Below are positions 52,901 through 64,000 of a stretch of 64,000 nt of DNA, one piece after another. Within the stretch, counting starts at the first letter, position 1. The number at the start of each line of letters is the position of its first letter. The position numbers and the translations under genes were made by a program. The stretch comes from Stegostoma tigrinum (taxonomy: Eukaryota). The stretch is from NCBI RefSeq assembly GCF_030684315.1, contig NC_081376.1, forward strand, positions 41,162,182 to 41,226,181, given 5' to 3'. Below the pieces are notes generated by a model. The model was not told where the DNA came from. It worked only from the letters and a program-made list of their open reading frames with translations, and ran no database searches.

Positions 52901-55900
52901 AACGAGTTGCTCACTCTTTCCACATTTGGCGGGGAGTACAGTACTTCTGAGCATTTGTTAACTATGACACATTCTACCTAACTACCTGAACTTAACGAAA
53001 CACTAATCCACTGCCTCAAACCCAACATAAATATGTAGACTGGATAATTACATCTCTTTTCCCTTACTGAAACTTATTTACTCCCCAGTCATACATGGAT
53101 CCAGTTAATGCAAGGCAATGCTCCTCTACCTATACTGTTCACCTCACTCCTAAGTAGTGCAATTATGTATTGGAACAGGAAGTTGCGTCATGAATTCAAG
53201 TCAGACCACAAAGATGCGAAACTGAATTCATTAATATGTGCTTATATCTGCGAGCCAACACGAGTAAACAAAATGCTTTAATGCTGTCTAACAATTTACT
53301 TCCGTATGTTGTTGACTACTAATGACCTCTGAAAAAAAAACTGCAAAACTCAGTTTTGAATTGGATAAAAAAAATGCAGTCTTACTAATGTCACCTTTTC
53401 TACATGTCCCGATTACAAAAAAAAATTGTTCTCGTTTTTCCCAGTCATTATCCACAAGAACCATTCTAATGGAATGAATTTAAACATTTTTTTATTTTGA
53501 ATTATGGACAGGTTTTTCCACTGGGAATCAGGACCAGTGAGAATATGCTTTAAATAAGACACCCAGTTATCAATTAAACCCATCTGTAGACCATTTGGAT
53601 TATATTTATAATAAAAAGGTACCAAATGTAAAATGACAAAGATTGCAACTGTGTATGACTTTTTAAAAAAATAAATGTACCAACTGGATGACGATAAACA
53701 TTAAGTTGTTCATTTTACTTAGAGATATAAGACAGTGACCTATTGCTTTGAAAGCAAGACTTCAAATCATTTTAAGCATATAGAAACTTAAACAAGCAAC
53801 AGTAGAGGTCAAAGTTCCAAAGGTGCAAAAAAAATCCTCATTTTTAGAAGAACAAATTCAAAAGCTGAGAAGTTACGTTAAACTCTGAGCCTTGGGTAGC
53901 TCAAACCCTCAAACAGAAAAGGGTGCCTGCAATTCAGAATAAAATTTTTCATTGCTGGAGGACATTTATTCTGAACATAATCAAGAACGTAAAGACAAGC
54001 TTTGCGAAAGTCTAAACCAAATAGGTCCCTTTGTATAACTATTCAGTTTCTCAGTTGTCACTTTCATGGCCTTCAAATGAGTTTCACTTTTTGGCACATA
54101 ATGGCTGTGTGCTGTGGACACATCCAACAAGAACATAGTTATGATTACACTCAGCATAAGCAAAACTGGCTGGGTTCAGACAGCAGTTTTCAACACAAGA
54201 CAACTGAATACAAATCCACAATGGCCATCAATTTTTACACATAAAATTACCCACATAATGACAAAACTTTATTCAACTGGCTGACATGTTGCCACTATAC
54301 TCTGTCTGGCCGACAAAATTCAAAACAAATGTATCAATTGCCCCTGAAATGACCAAGCAAGCCACTCATGTAGAACGAATTGCAATTGTAAACAGGAAAT
54401 ATTAGCTTGACGCTGCAATTCACTTTACAAGAACAAATAAAAGCCATTACTTTCAATGGCAGCATTTATGCTTAAATAAATCTTAGCATATTATTTAGAG
54501 TACTTCAAAAAGAAATCCATTAATAATAAATATTTCATTTCATATATTTCCCTAATGCACTGAAATATCAATACATTATGCAACAAGTTACATTGAAATG
54601 TAATCTAACTAAATCATTCTGGACTAGGAACATGCTAAAATAGCAATGAGGTTGCTAAGTCTTTTTTTGTGTGATTACTTGTAGAAGGAACATTGGACAG
54701 GACACCAGAAAAATCTCCTATCCTTCCTTGAACAATGCCAATCAACGTGAATTACCCAAAATAGACAGTTGTGATCTTCATTCTATTTCTTCAGGGAAAA
54801 AATAATTATACAGTTCATTGCCATTCAGTACAATGGCGTATGCCATTGGAGACTAAGTATCAATATCAATTTGGGACCTGATCATACAAACTATCGATCC
54901 AACTAATAATTGCCTGCATAATTTTTTAATTACACTCAAGTTATCCTGCTACCTTTACAAATAAATTTGGGTCAGATTGTCACTACCAAAACAGGTAATT
55001 CTAATCAGGAGGTCTGGTGCACCTGTGGAGAGAGAACAACATTAATATTTCAAGTCCGACATGGCTCCTCTTAACTCTCTCTCTCTCCCCCACAGATGCA
55101 GCCAAATCCATTGAATTTCTTCAACATTTTCTCCCCAACAAGATTTCTAGCATCTGTACTATTTTGCTTTTACTATAGCATAAAGTGGGGGGGGGGGCGC
55201 GCGCGCGCTCACATTGGAAATTTCTGGACTCAACAGAAAATGCCACATCAGATCAAGCGAGTGAACGAGGGAGTGTGCACACATGCTGGAGTTTGGCCCA
55301 CTTCTCTGAAAATAACTGAATCAGACAGGAGTAGCCAGGTGCTGAGGTGAGCTATTTAAAAAGGTCTACGTCTGTTCTCTGGCATTTGTCCCAATTATTC
55401 GCGCTCTTGATCCCTCAGTGCTCCACACTCAATCCCCATGTCATGTTCATGCCAACTCGTGACCTCACTCATTCCCATGGCTCTTATACCTTCTATGCCA
55501 AATCATACTTTCCTTGCCAATTCATAATGCTCCCATGTACTGTATAGAGACCATGAGCTGATAGTAACAATGCCACATGAGGAAGTGCTTAAGAAACATC
55601 AATTTATCATTCTCAATAAAATAGTGCTGCTGCTAAAACCTTATAGCAGTATCGAGAACTTTACAGCATTAATAACAGAAGCACTTGACATCGCTAACTT
55701 GGGCAAATAATCAAGCTGACAAAAATTGATCACAATAGAATTAAAACTCAAGTCTTTCAAAATGTTTGTGTTTATTCAGTTTGTTCACTTGTTAGTTAGA
55801 GTTAGATAAATACTTGTTGATTATAAAAAGTGAATATCAGGGGTTTATTTTCTTAACTACTAAAAGTTGTTGGGAAGCATGTTACACCACTTTTCACATT

Positions 55901-56602
55901 TCCTTTACAGATTTATAGTGCAAAGTTTATAGTCTCCTCTCTGGGTCTGCTTAGCTAACAGATAGGGACACAAACTCCGCTTTATAACAACATTGATTTG
56001 CCTTTGTAATATTGTGGTTAGTGTAACAAAGTTAAACAAAAGTATAACGATAAGAGGTCAATACCTCCACCAGAGCCCCCCTTTTAAGTGAAATTCAGAA
56101 GCATTTAACACCGTTTTAAATCATCCGCCAAGACATCGCGATTTTAACTTTAGACGTTGTTTTTGACTCCAGCGTCACATGACAATTATTCCATTCACCC
56201 GCAGACTCTCCACTGGGATAAACGACGAAATAAGTAAAGCGCACAAGTGACCTGCAGACATTTAAAGCTTCGCAACAGGAACCACACCTCATCGATAGCA
56301 ACCAGTGACTTAGGACAGACAATACAACCAAGATCGACCCTCCTTAACTAATCAACGGCCACTTCATCAGGAAGTGTAGAAGGACGGTTTCGCTTGCGGA
56401 TTATCCCATAATATAGATTCCGTGGCATTTGCAGATCGCGAGATTCGTGGGGGCTTGGCCTGTGAATAACTCCTGATGGAGTGTCATATGAGAAAACAGC
56501 TTCAAGCTATTTAATCAGAAATGTACATGAGTGAAAGGGCTCAACGAGTTAAAAAAAAAACCTTTCATCTGCTCTAACCGAAAATTACGAAATCACAGAT
56601 AC

Positions 56603-56960
56603 CTTTCGAAATCAATTGCCTTTCTGCTACCATAACTCAATCTCCCATCGACTACATCTTCCCACTAAGGCCGCCATTAATGCTTCAGGTGAAGCCCTGG
56701 TCGCGAGCCCCTCCCATAACAAAAGGTCACGCACGTCAACAGGCACCGCCCTCCCAGCTCATTGGAGGGCCGCCTTCCATCAGCCAACAAATCGCACACC
56801 AGCCATCGCACGCGGTCCCCGCAGCGAGTGGCTGTGGCCAACGCCAATCAAAACAGAAGCCGATGATTGGCTCGTTCGTTGACGCCGCGACGGCAGAAGT
56901 TCGTGCACTCCAGTCCGGGACTTCCCTGGCGCTGCTGGGTGGAGAGAAACAAGACACGAC
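56603..56960 (-). promoter_or_regulatory. Probable BFAR CpG promoter and non-coding exon 1
   Basis: CpG-rich; CCAAT boxes at 56761, 56844 and 56866; YY1-like gccgccatt at ~56670; candidate donor AAG|GTATCT at 56603. Confidence 0.6.
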
Positions 56961-58086
56961 CCGGATTTCCCGAAAGATCTGGAATCAAAACAGAAAGACT
57001 GCTGCCTTATTTCAAAAACAAAGAAAAGACCTGAAGATGCTGGAAATCTCAACAGAGGTTGAAAAACTGAGCAGGCCTGGCATCATCTGCGGAGAAAAAG
57101 CAAAATTTCGAATTTCCAGTCAGCCTGCTGGCACTCGAATGGAAACAGAAAATTCTGGAATTATTCAGCAGCACCTATTGAGAGTCAAATAGAGTTAACA
57201 TCTCAGTCTTTATGACCTTTCATGAGAAGGGAACGTTAGAAATGCCTCATCATTGTCATTTAATGTCTCCTACATCCCATCTGAGCTACAGGTCACAACA
57301 ATCTTTTGGTTTCCATCTTTCCCTATTTTACTTTTATAAAACCTATACATGTATATATAAATCTTTCCAGTTGTGAGGAAAGGCCGTGATCTTAAACATC
57401 ACCTCTCCCTCCATATATGCTGTCAGACATGCTGGGTTTTCCAGTATTTTGTTTGTATTTTGGATTTGTGGCATTTGCAGTATTTTGGTGTGGTCTTTAT
57501 AATGACATCTTCCATGGACAAAAGCCTTGCTAGTCAGTGGAGTACTTTTGAACTGTAATGATTGTTGAAATGCCATATGGTAACCATTTTAAGAAGGGCA
57601 GGTGGCAGCATTAATTTGAACACAAACAACAATAAGCTAATTATCAAAAAGTTTTATTTATTGTTGCTTGAGGGATAATAATTGGGCAGTATAAGAGGAA
57701 TATAGCTCTCTCCTTCTCACATTCCTTTTTAAGATTGTACCAAGGGATTTTGCCTAAAAAAAGCGCATCCAATAAGCACTCACAGCAATCTTTCGCCAGA
57801 AGTGCTGAGTTGATAACTTGTCTCAGCATCCTCCCACATTACGGATGCCAGTCTTCAACCAATTCAATTCACTCCACGTGGTATCAAGAAATGGTTGGAG
57901 GCACTGGATGCTGAAAAAGCTATGGGCCCCAACAACATTTTAGCAAGAGTACTGAAAACTTGCATTTTGGAACTTGCCACTCCCCTCATCAAGTTGTTCC
58001 AGTGCAGCTACAACACTGGCATCTATCCAACAATGTAGAAATAGCACAGGTATGTCCGGTACACAACAGAAGGACAAATCCAACCT

Positions 58087-58189
58087 AAGATAACAAAGTG
58101 TGGAGCTGGATGAACACAACAGGCCAAACAGCATCTCAGGAGCACAAAAGCTGACGTTTCAGGCCTAGACCCTTCATCAGAGAGGTCTG
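58087..58189 (-). mobile_element. Solo PLE terminal-repeat fragment with hammerhead motif, inserted in a LINE fragment (57815-58230)
   Basis: 11-bp TSD aaatccaacct at 58076-58086 and 58190-58200; minus strand reads ctgatgaagggtctaggcctgaaacgtc. Confidence 0.8.
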
Positions 58190-59049
58190 AAATCCAACCT
58201 GGTTAATTATCATCCCATCTATCTACTCTCAATCATCAGTAAAGTGATGGGCAGTTTTTTTTTATTCATTCACAGGATGAGAATGTCACTGGCCAGGCCA
58301 GCATTTAATGCCCATGAGTCAACCACTTTGCAGTAGATCTGAAGTCACATTTCGGCCAGACCAGGTAAGGATGCCAGTTTCCTTCCCTAAAGGACATTAG
58401 AGAACCTAGCAATCAGCAATCGATTGACGGTCATCATCAGACTCCTAATTCTGGATATTATTTGAATTTAAATTCCACCATCTACCATGGCAGGATTTGA
58501 ACTCAGATCCCTAGAACACTGCCTGGTTCTCTGGATTAACAACCCCAAAGCTGAAATTTACCAGAACCAATCAGGCATTACTTTTTTACCGTTGTTGGGT
58601 GTGGATATGTGGCAAAAAAAATAAGATCAGGAATCACACAGCATTTTTTTCTCAAAAATATAAGAATCATATGAAATAGGAGCAGAAGTTGTGCATTAAG
58701 CTCAGTGAGCTTGCTCCAATATTCAATAATACCATGGTGAATTTGACTGGCCTAACTACACTTTCCTGCCTGACCTCCCATAACTTGCAACACCCTTGTC
58801 ACTTAAAAACATTTCAAGTCAGCCTTGAGTAACTTTTAATATGGAGGTTTTTATGCTTTCTCATTCTAAACTGTAAAACTTACAATCAAGGTCAACTGAC
58901 TATGGTAAGGCATACTTTAATATGTATTTCCAAATGCATATTTCTAAGCACCTTCCTTTTGATAAAAGAAACAAAAATTGCATGCAGTCACTGACAAAAA
59001 GGGTAAATTAATTAAGTTGTTCTTACTGTACTCCTATCATACATGTCCA

Positions 59050-60960
59050 TATTCTGTCCATATTTCTTTAGCCTTCTTAACAAAAGGCAGTGACATGTTT
59101 CCCCATACCCTGTTGTGAAGTCCAATTATAAGTGACCCACAGCAAAGTCTTTGGGATTAAACAAAGTGGGGTTTGTTACTGCATTCAAAACATTGACGGG
59201 AATGATTTAGGACAAACATTCATACACATGCATCCATGATTTTGTCACACACTGCTGTCACTACTTCTGGCCTCTTTGCTTTTACTTATTGGAAGAGTAG
59301 TTTGAGCGCAGTGTGACATTAGTCATTGGACTGGACTACTTTCCATGCCTTCAGTGAATGAGTTTCTCCACTCAAGGTTTATCTTGTACGCAATTGTGTC
59401 AAAATAGCTCAAACTTTTGGAAACCTTCACTGCCACCGTGGCTTTTCCATTTGACTGGGGACACATAAGACATGGTGTTGAATTTCTCAAGTATTTATGA
59501 AGCGTCTGAATTCTTCACTTGTCAGTTGTGAGCCATTGTTGCTGATTTAAATGTCTAGAATATTGTAACAACTGAAATGTACTTTCAGCATTCCACAATG
59601 TCACTGGTAGAGGTTGCTGTCAGCTGGTCTAATTCCTAGTACACAGATAAGTAGCCATGATGGTGTAGTCATGTAGGTGATGCGAAATGAGCTCCTGCAA
59701 AAGTAATGTGGGCTCCTCTTCATCTTCATCTAATCTTCATCCATGGTCCTTTGACAATGTAATGAGTCATGAGTGGCACTTTAGCTTGCTAAGCTTGGTA
59801 TTTCTTTCAATGCTCTACTGTGGCTGATGTGGTTGTTCATCTCATTGCTCATACTTGGTCAGTAGAGTACTTCCCTTGCCTTTCAGGGTAGACATCAGCT
59901 GGTTGATGGTTTGCATGGATGTTCTTCAGCATGTCTTTTCCCATCTCCTTAGAATTATTTAGTTTTGTTTCCTCTGCAGAAGATAATATTTTGGGCTATT
60001 CCCTCACTGCTACATACACTCTTCAAAAAAACAGATATGTCCTAGATGGCTTCAGGCCATCTTTTCATCACCACGTTGTCACATAGTTTGCTTGACCAAG
60101 ATGCTTATCTTTCAGATTCAATATCTCCATAAATACAAGTTGGGTAATCACTCAAACTTCAAACTTCCTTCAGCTGTGGTGAGAGGATTTTTTCTTAATC
60201 TCTACTATTTGTGTTATTTTGTTCTTTATTTTCTCAGTTTCATTTGTCTGCTTGGGGTATCGTTCCATCATACATTCTCAGTTTTAGCCACAACCACTTC
60301 ATTTTCAGATCACCATCTTGCGCAACTTCAAACAGGCCTGCAAATCATATTGTACATAGCAGTAATACCTATTTGAAACTTGATGCACTCCTTTTGTAGT
60401 CATCATTCTAACAGTCACAGATCTTCAGACTTTACAATGCAAACTTGTTATCAGAAACATCATTTGCCATCTCTTTAGCAGCCATCTTTATAGGCTTCTT
60501 TTGCTTCTTTCCAGTTAAACGCTCATGTGCAAAGTGATTTGGCTTCTTTCAGTTAGAGCAATACTTTTCCTATGCTGGACATGCTTACTTTTCTTTCGTT
60601 TAGTGTCTTCTGCAGTATTTACATTGCTACTTTGGCAATTTCGTTCAAAGTTGCCTGTGTGATTCTGCTGGCCCTTATATAAATGTTTCTTCTTTTATTT
60701 CCTTTAGATTGTTCCAGTTAGGTCTGGACTGTTTCTCAGCATAATTCAAAGCCTTATCCATTCTCCCATTGATGACTCTCCAGCTGATGATTGACAACGT
60801 CAGAGCTTATGCACAACAGAGTAACTTTGTTGAGTGTTTCCGCTCTCTGGGCTGAGATGCAATCAGAGCAGGATCTCTTAGGCCTAAGACAATGCTATCT
60901 GATTTGATAATTTTCAGCATACTGGGGTACTAAAGTTTTGCGAGAGTATATTTACACTGT
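59050..60960 (-). mobile_element. Degraded Gypsy-type LTR retrotransposon gag-pol
   Basis: Minus-strand remnants: gag IVLGLRD and a CKYC..H knuckle; integrase SNNGSQ (SDNGPQ) and PQSNGKA; no LTRs identified. Confidence 0.65.
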
Positions 60961-61559
60961 GAGGTGTTTACTTAGACAGTTTCTTTAGAAACTTAGGTGT
61001 AAGGTTCTAGATTACAGAGCTGCCATTTGCCAGGTGAGATAAATCAAGGATGAACACTTTGAACATGTAATGACATCAGATTTGAAAGTTATGGAGAACA
61101 GTACCCGAGGGGTGGGAGAAAAAGATTGTTTGCAATACGCTAGCAAAGGGAAGGTGAGGAGCCATTTAGTGCGGATAAGGTCACATGAGCAGGATATTTA
61201 TATGGCTTTTTAATTCTTTAGAAGAAGCATAAGAGCACAATATGGTGCCTTAATGTCAATTGACAAACAGTAAAAATAAGAACAAAAACAAATTTGCTGG
61301 AAAAGCTCAGCAGGTCTGGCAGCATTTGTTTCTGATTTACAGCATCCGCAGTTCTTTTGGTTCTTAAAAGTACCTCCTTTTGGAAGGACACAGCTAAGGG
61401 CGAACTAAACCACAAACAAAGAAAGCTTATAAAATTAAATAATATTGCATTTAGAATTTAAGTGTAATGATATTGTACGTTCGTTTTTAAACACATATAT
61501 AGATGCATATTAACTTTGAACTTAGAATGTCTTACGGTGAGTGTTCTACCATGAGTGCC

Positions 61560-61695
61560 CTTAACCACGTGCTCATTGTGTTCACCGGAAGTGACTGCAG
61601 AGTGAAGATTAAAGGGCAAAGGTTGAAGGTGGCGGTGTTGTTCCTGTGTGTTGTGTGAGTGAGTGAGTGAGAGGAGGAGGTTTGTTTGGGTAGCT
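61560..61695 (+). promoter_or_regulatory. PARN promoter/5' UTR
   Basis: E-box CACGTG at 61566-61571, ETS/GABPA ACCGGAAGTG at 61584-61593, and a downstream GC-rich island. Confidence 0.65.
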
Positions 61696-61714
61696 ATGGA
61701 GATCACCAGGCAGA
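61696..61714 (+). CDS. PARN: Poly(A)-specific ribonuclease, 19-nt coding exon 1
   Basis: ATGGAGATCACCAGGCAGA|GTAAGT gives MEITRQ (human MEIIRS, also 19 coding nt as recalled); head-to-head with BFAR as in human; not in the ORF track. Confidence 0.8.
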
Positions 61715-64000
61715 GTAAGTTCGAGAGGGACAAGTCTTTGGGCTCTGGGTTAGCGGATTAACGGGGGAGTCGGGACAGGAGTGTGTAGGATGCGGATGCG
61801 GTGAAACCCAAGCGGTTGGGGCCGCTTTGGAGGCAACGTTTCATTTTTGGGCCCAGGCCGGAGTGTTCGGCTGAATGCAGAGCCCCGCGTGGGTCGGGGT
61901 CAGGGGGAAAGGGCTGGGCTTTTAAGGACTTATCGATAGGGTTCGGTGCAAGGAGGGGGAGGGGGGGATGGTTTGTGTGGCGGTACCTGTTGACAGGGTT
62001 CAGTGTAAAGGAAAAGTGATAACCTGCGGCACATCCGCTCCTTCCACGTGAGAACAAGCTGTTCTTCCCGCCCCCCACTCCGTGTAGTCAATATTTGCGA
62101 AGTGCACGTTACACTTTTGCCTCTATCCTCTTGACCTCCTCTGGGCAGCCGCTGTAAAGTCCCTGGTCGCATTGATGTTTCCACGCCTCTTTGCATTTGA
62201 CTGTACGAAGGCGTAAAGCTTCATGGTACCTACTGTAAACGAAATACATGCTTTTATTTAATGCCTTTCATAGTCTCAGGATATCGCAAGGTGCTTTACA
62301 GCCTGTTAAGTATTTATTGATGTGTAATCTTTGATCTAATGTTGCTAAGAGTTATGTGAAATTCCTCTGATTTATAATTTGTGTGAAGCTGTTTTTTAAT
62401 TTGTAAGTAATATGTATAACGTTCAGCTGTCAGTAATGGTTCCCAAATTATTTTCTGCAAATAATAAATAAATCTGGGCCAGCAGTGCTGCTGCACCAGC
62501 TTTTCTGACTCTTATTCTGCTGTAGTGAATCTCCCCTTTTGATCAGTTCCTATGAAAAGTTTAATGTTCAAACAGTCTGCTTGCTCCCTCATTTGTATGC
62601 ATTGGTTGGATAATGAAGGAAGGAATTGGCTTGATCTGAAAAATGCAAAGTAGTGAATGGATTACAGTTATTTTTAAAATGTATATCTACACAAGACCTC
62701 TCATGATCTTGATGTCTTGAAGTGCTTTAAAGTAACTTAATTAAATGTTGAGATGTGTAGTATAGAAAAGGTGACAATCAAGTTTGTTCATTGTTCTACA
62801 AACAGTAAGATGATTGTGACCTGAAAACAACCACATTATTACTGAGTGCTGTAATGTTCAGGGCACTGTGAGGACTGCCCTGCTCTTTGATTTATGCACT
62901 GAGATCTTTCTCATTCACATAAGGCTGACAGTCTATCTGGTTTGCAAAACCAAAACTGAGGATCCTGAAGTTCTGAAAGAAAGAGGAGTTGCTAGAAAAT
63001 CTCTGCATCTGTGGAGAGAGATCAGTTAACATTTTGCGTTCAATTCTGAGGAAAGATCACTGAACCCAAAATATTAATTAATTTCTCTCCACAGATTTGC
63101 TGATATTTTCTGGCAATTTCTGTTTTTGTCTCCATTTTGTGTTTTATGTAAATATGACATTTCTGACCATGGCATACTCTCTCAGCACAATACTGAAGTT
63201 TCAACAGTCTTGTACTCTAGTGTCTATCGTAGGACACGCCAATAATCTCTCTGACTCAAGTGAGCATATTACAATTTGTGCTGCAGCCGATAACTGAGTC
63301 TATTTCAGTTGGCTTTTCTTTCCTCCAGGAATAATAATATGGTAGAAGTGAGTGGACCAGCACTATTCTGGTATTTGGACTGAAGCATTATTTTTGTTTC
63401 CTTGACACACAAGAAAAGCAGGAATTTGACCTGCATTTTACTGAATTAATTGCTGTAATATTTGAGTCTCTACTTGAATAGTGACTTGACAAAATGCCAC
63501 TGAGCCATTCCTGTGCTGTTGAGCATATTGAAATATTTTTAAGGATCTTTATGTACCTCTAACAATTAGAGCTGACAGTCAATCTGACTTCATTTGTTTG
63601 GCTTGAATTCTTACTGTACAAACTGGCAAAGCTATTACATGTAACAGTAACAACTTGTATAATGTCTGCAACATAATAAAAGGCACAGATATGCTCATAG
63701 GTGCATTATAATGTAAAAGTCACACCTAGACTAAATTTATTCAAAATGCAGCGAATATTGCTAAACTAATTTCTGGGATTGTCCTGTGAGGGAAGTTTTA
63801 AGCATAGGGTGATCAAATAAGTTTTTAGAGTCAGCAAAAGCCTGGAATGGTTATTGTAGAGAAAATAAAACAAAAACCAAGAATTAGTTTAGGAAAAATA
63901 GAAAAGCTGTAAATGAAAGTTGAAAGCAGCAAAAATGCCAAAGTCCTCCAATACCAAAATCAAATTAGAGTAGTTTTTTAAATTAAGAGCATTGTACCTA

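Noticed and set aside
55186-55208. G-run followed by (GC)n
   Set aside because: Short simple repeat; Z-DNA or G4 potential unsupported by context
56616-57192. ORFs up to 170 aa over the CpG island
   Set aside because: Stop-poor GC-rich promoter running into a PLE remnant; no recognisable domain
61758-62196. Several 70-106 aa ORFs
   Set aside because: GC-rich first intron of PARN; likely spurious

Overview
Vertebrate genomic DNA, most likely a shark (inferred from HE1/V-SINE-like, Deu-SINE-like and CR1 repeats and from gene divergence). Four housekeeping genes are supported by splice-consistent exons: COPS3 exon 1 (minus), a complete 5-exon NT5M (plus, 226 aa), a complete 7-coding-exon BFAR (minus, 452 aa) and PARN exon 1 (plus). 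The order is COPS3<- ->NT5M-> <-BFAR<- ->PARN. The rest is a dense transposon landscape: a near full-length CR1 LINE, many CR1/L2 fossils, a hAT transposase fossil, a Gypsy gag-pol fossil, SINEs and two Penelope-like element (PLE) families. The most striking structure is a set of PLE-derived fold-back insertions with target-site duplications (TSDs) that carry minimal hammerhead-ribozyme motifs (CUGAUGA..GAAACGUC), including a palindrome with ~340-bp arms in a BFAR intron. Exon coordinates were read by hand, repeat boundaries are approximate, and gene identities come from recalled protein sequences rather than a database search.
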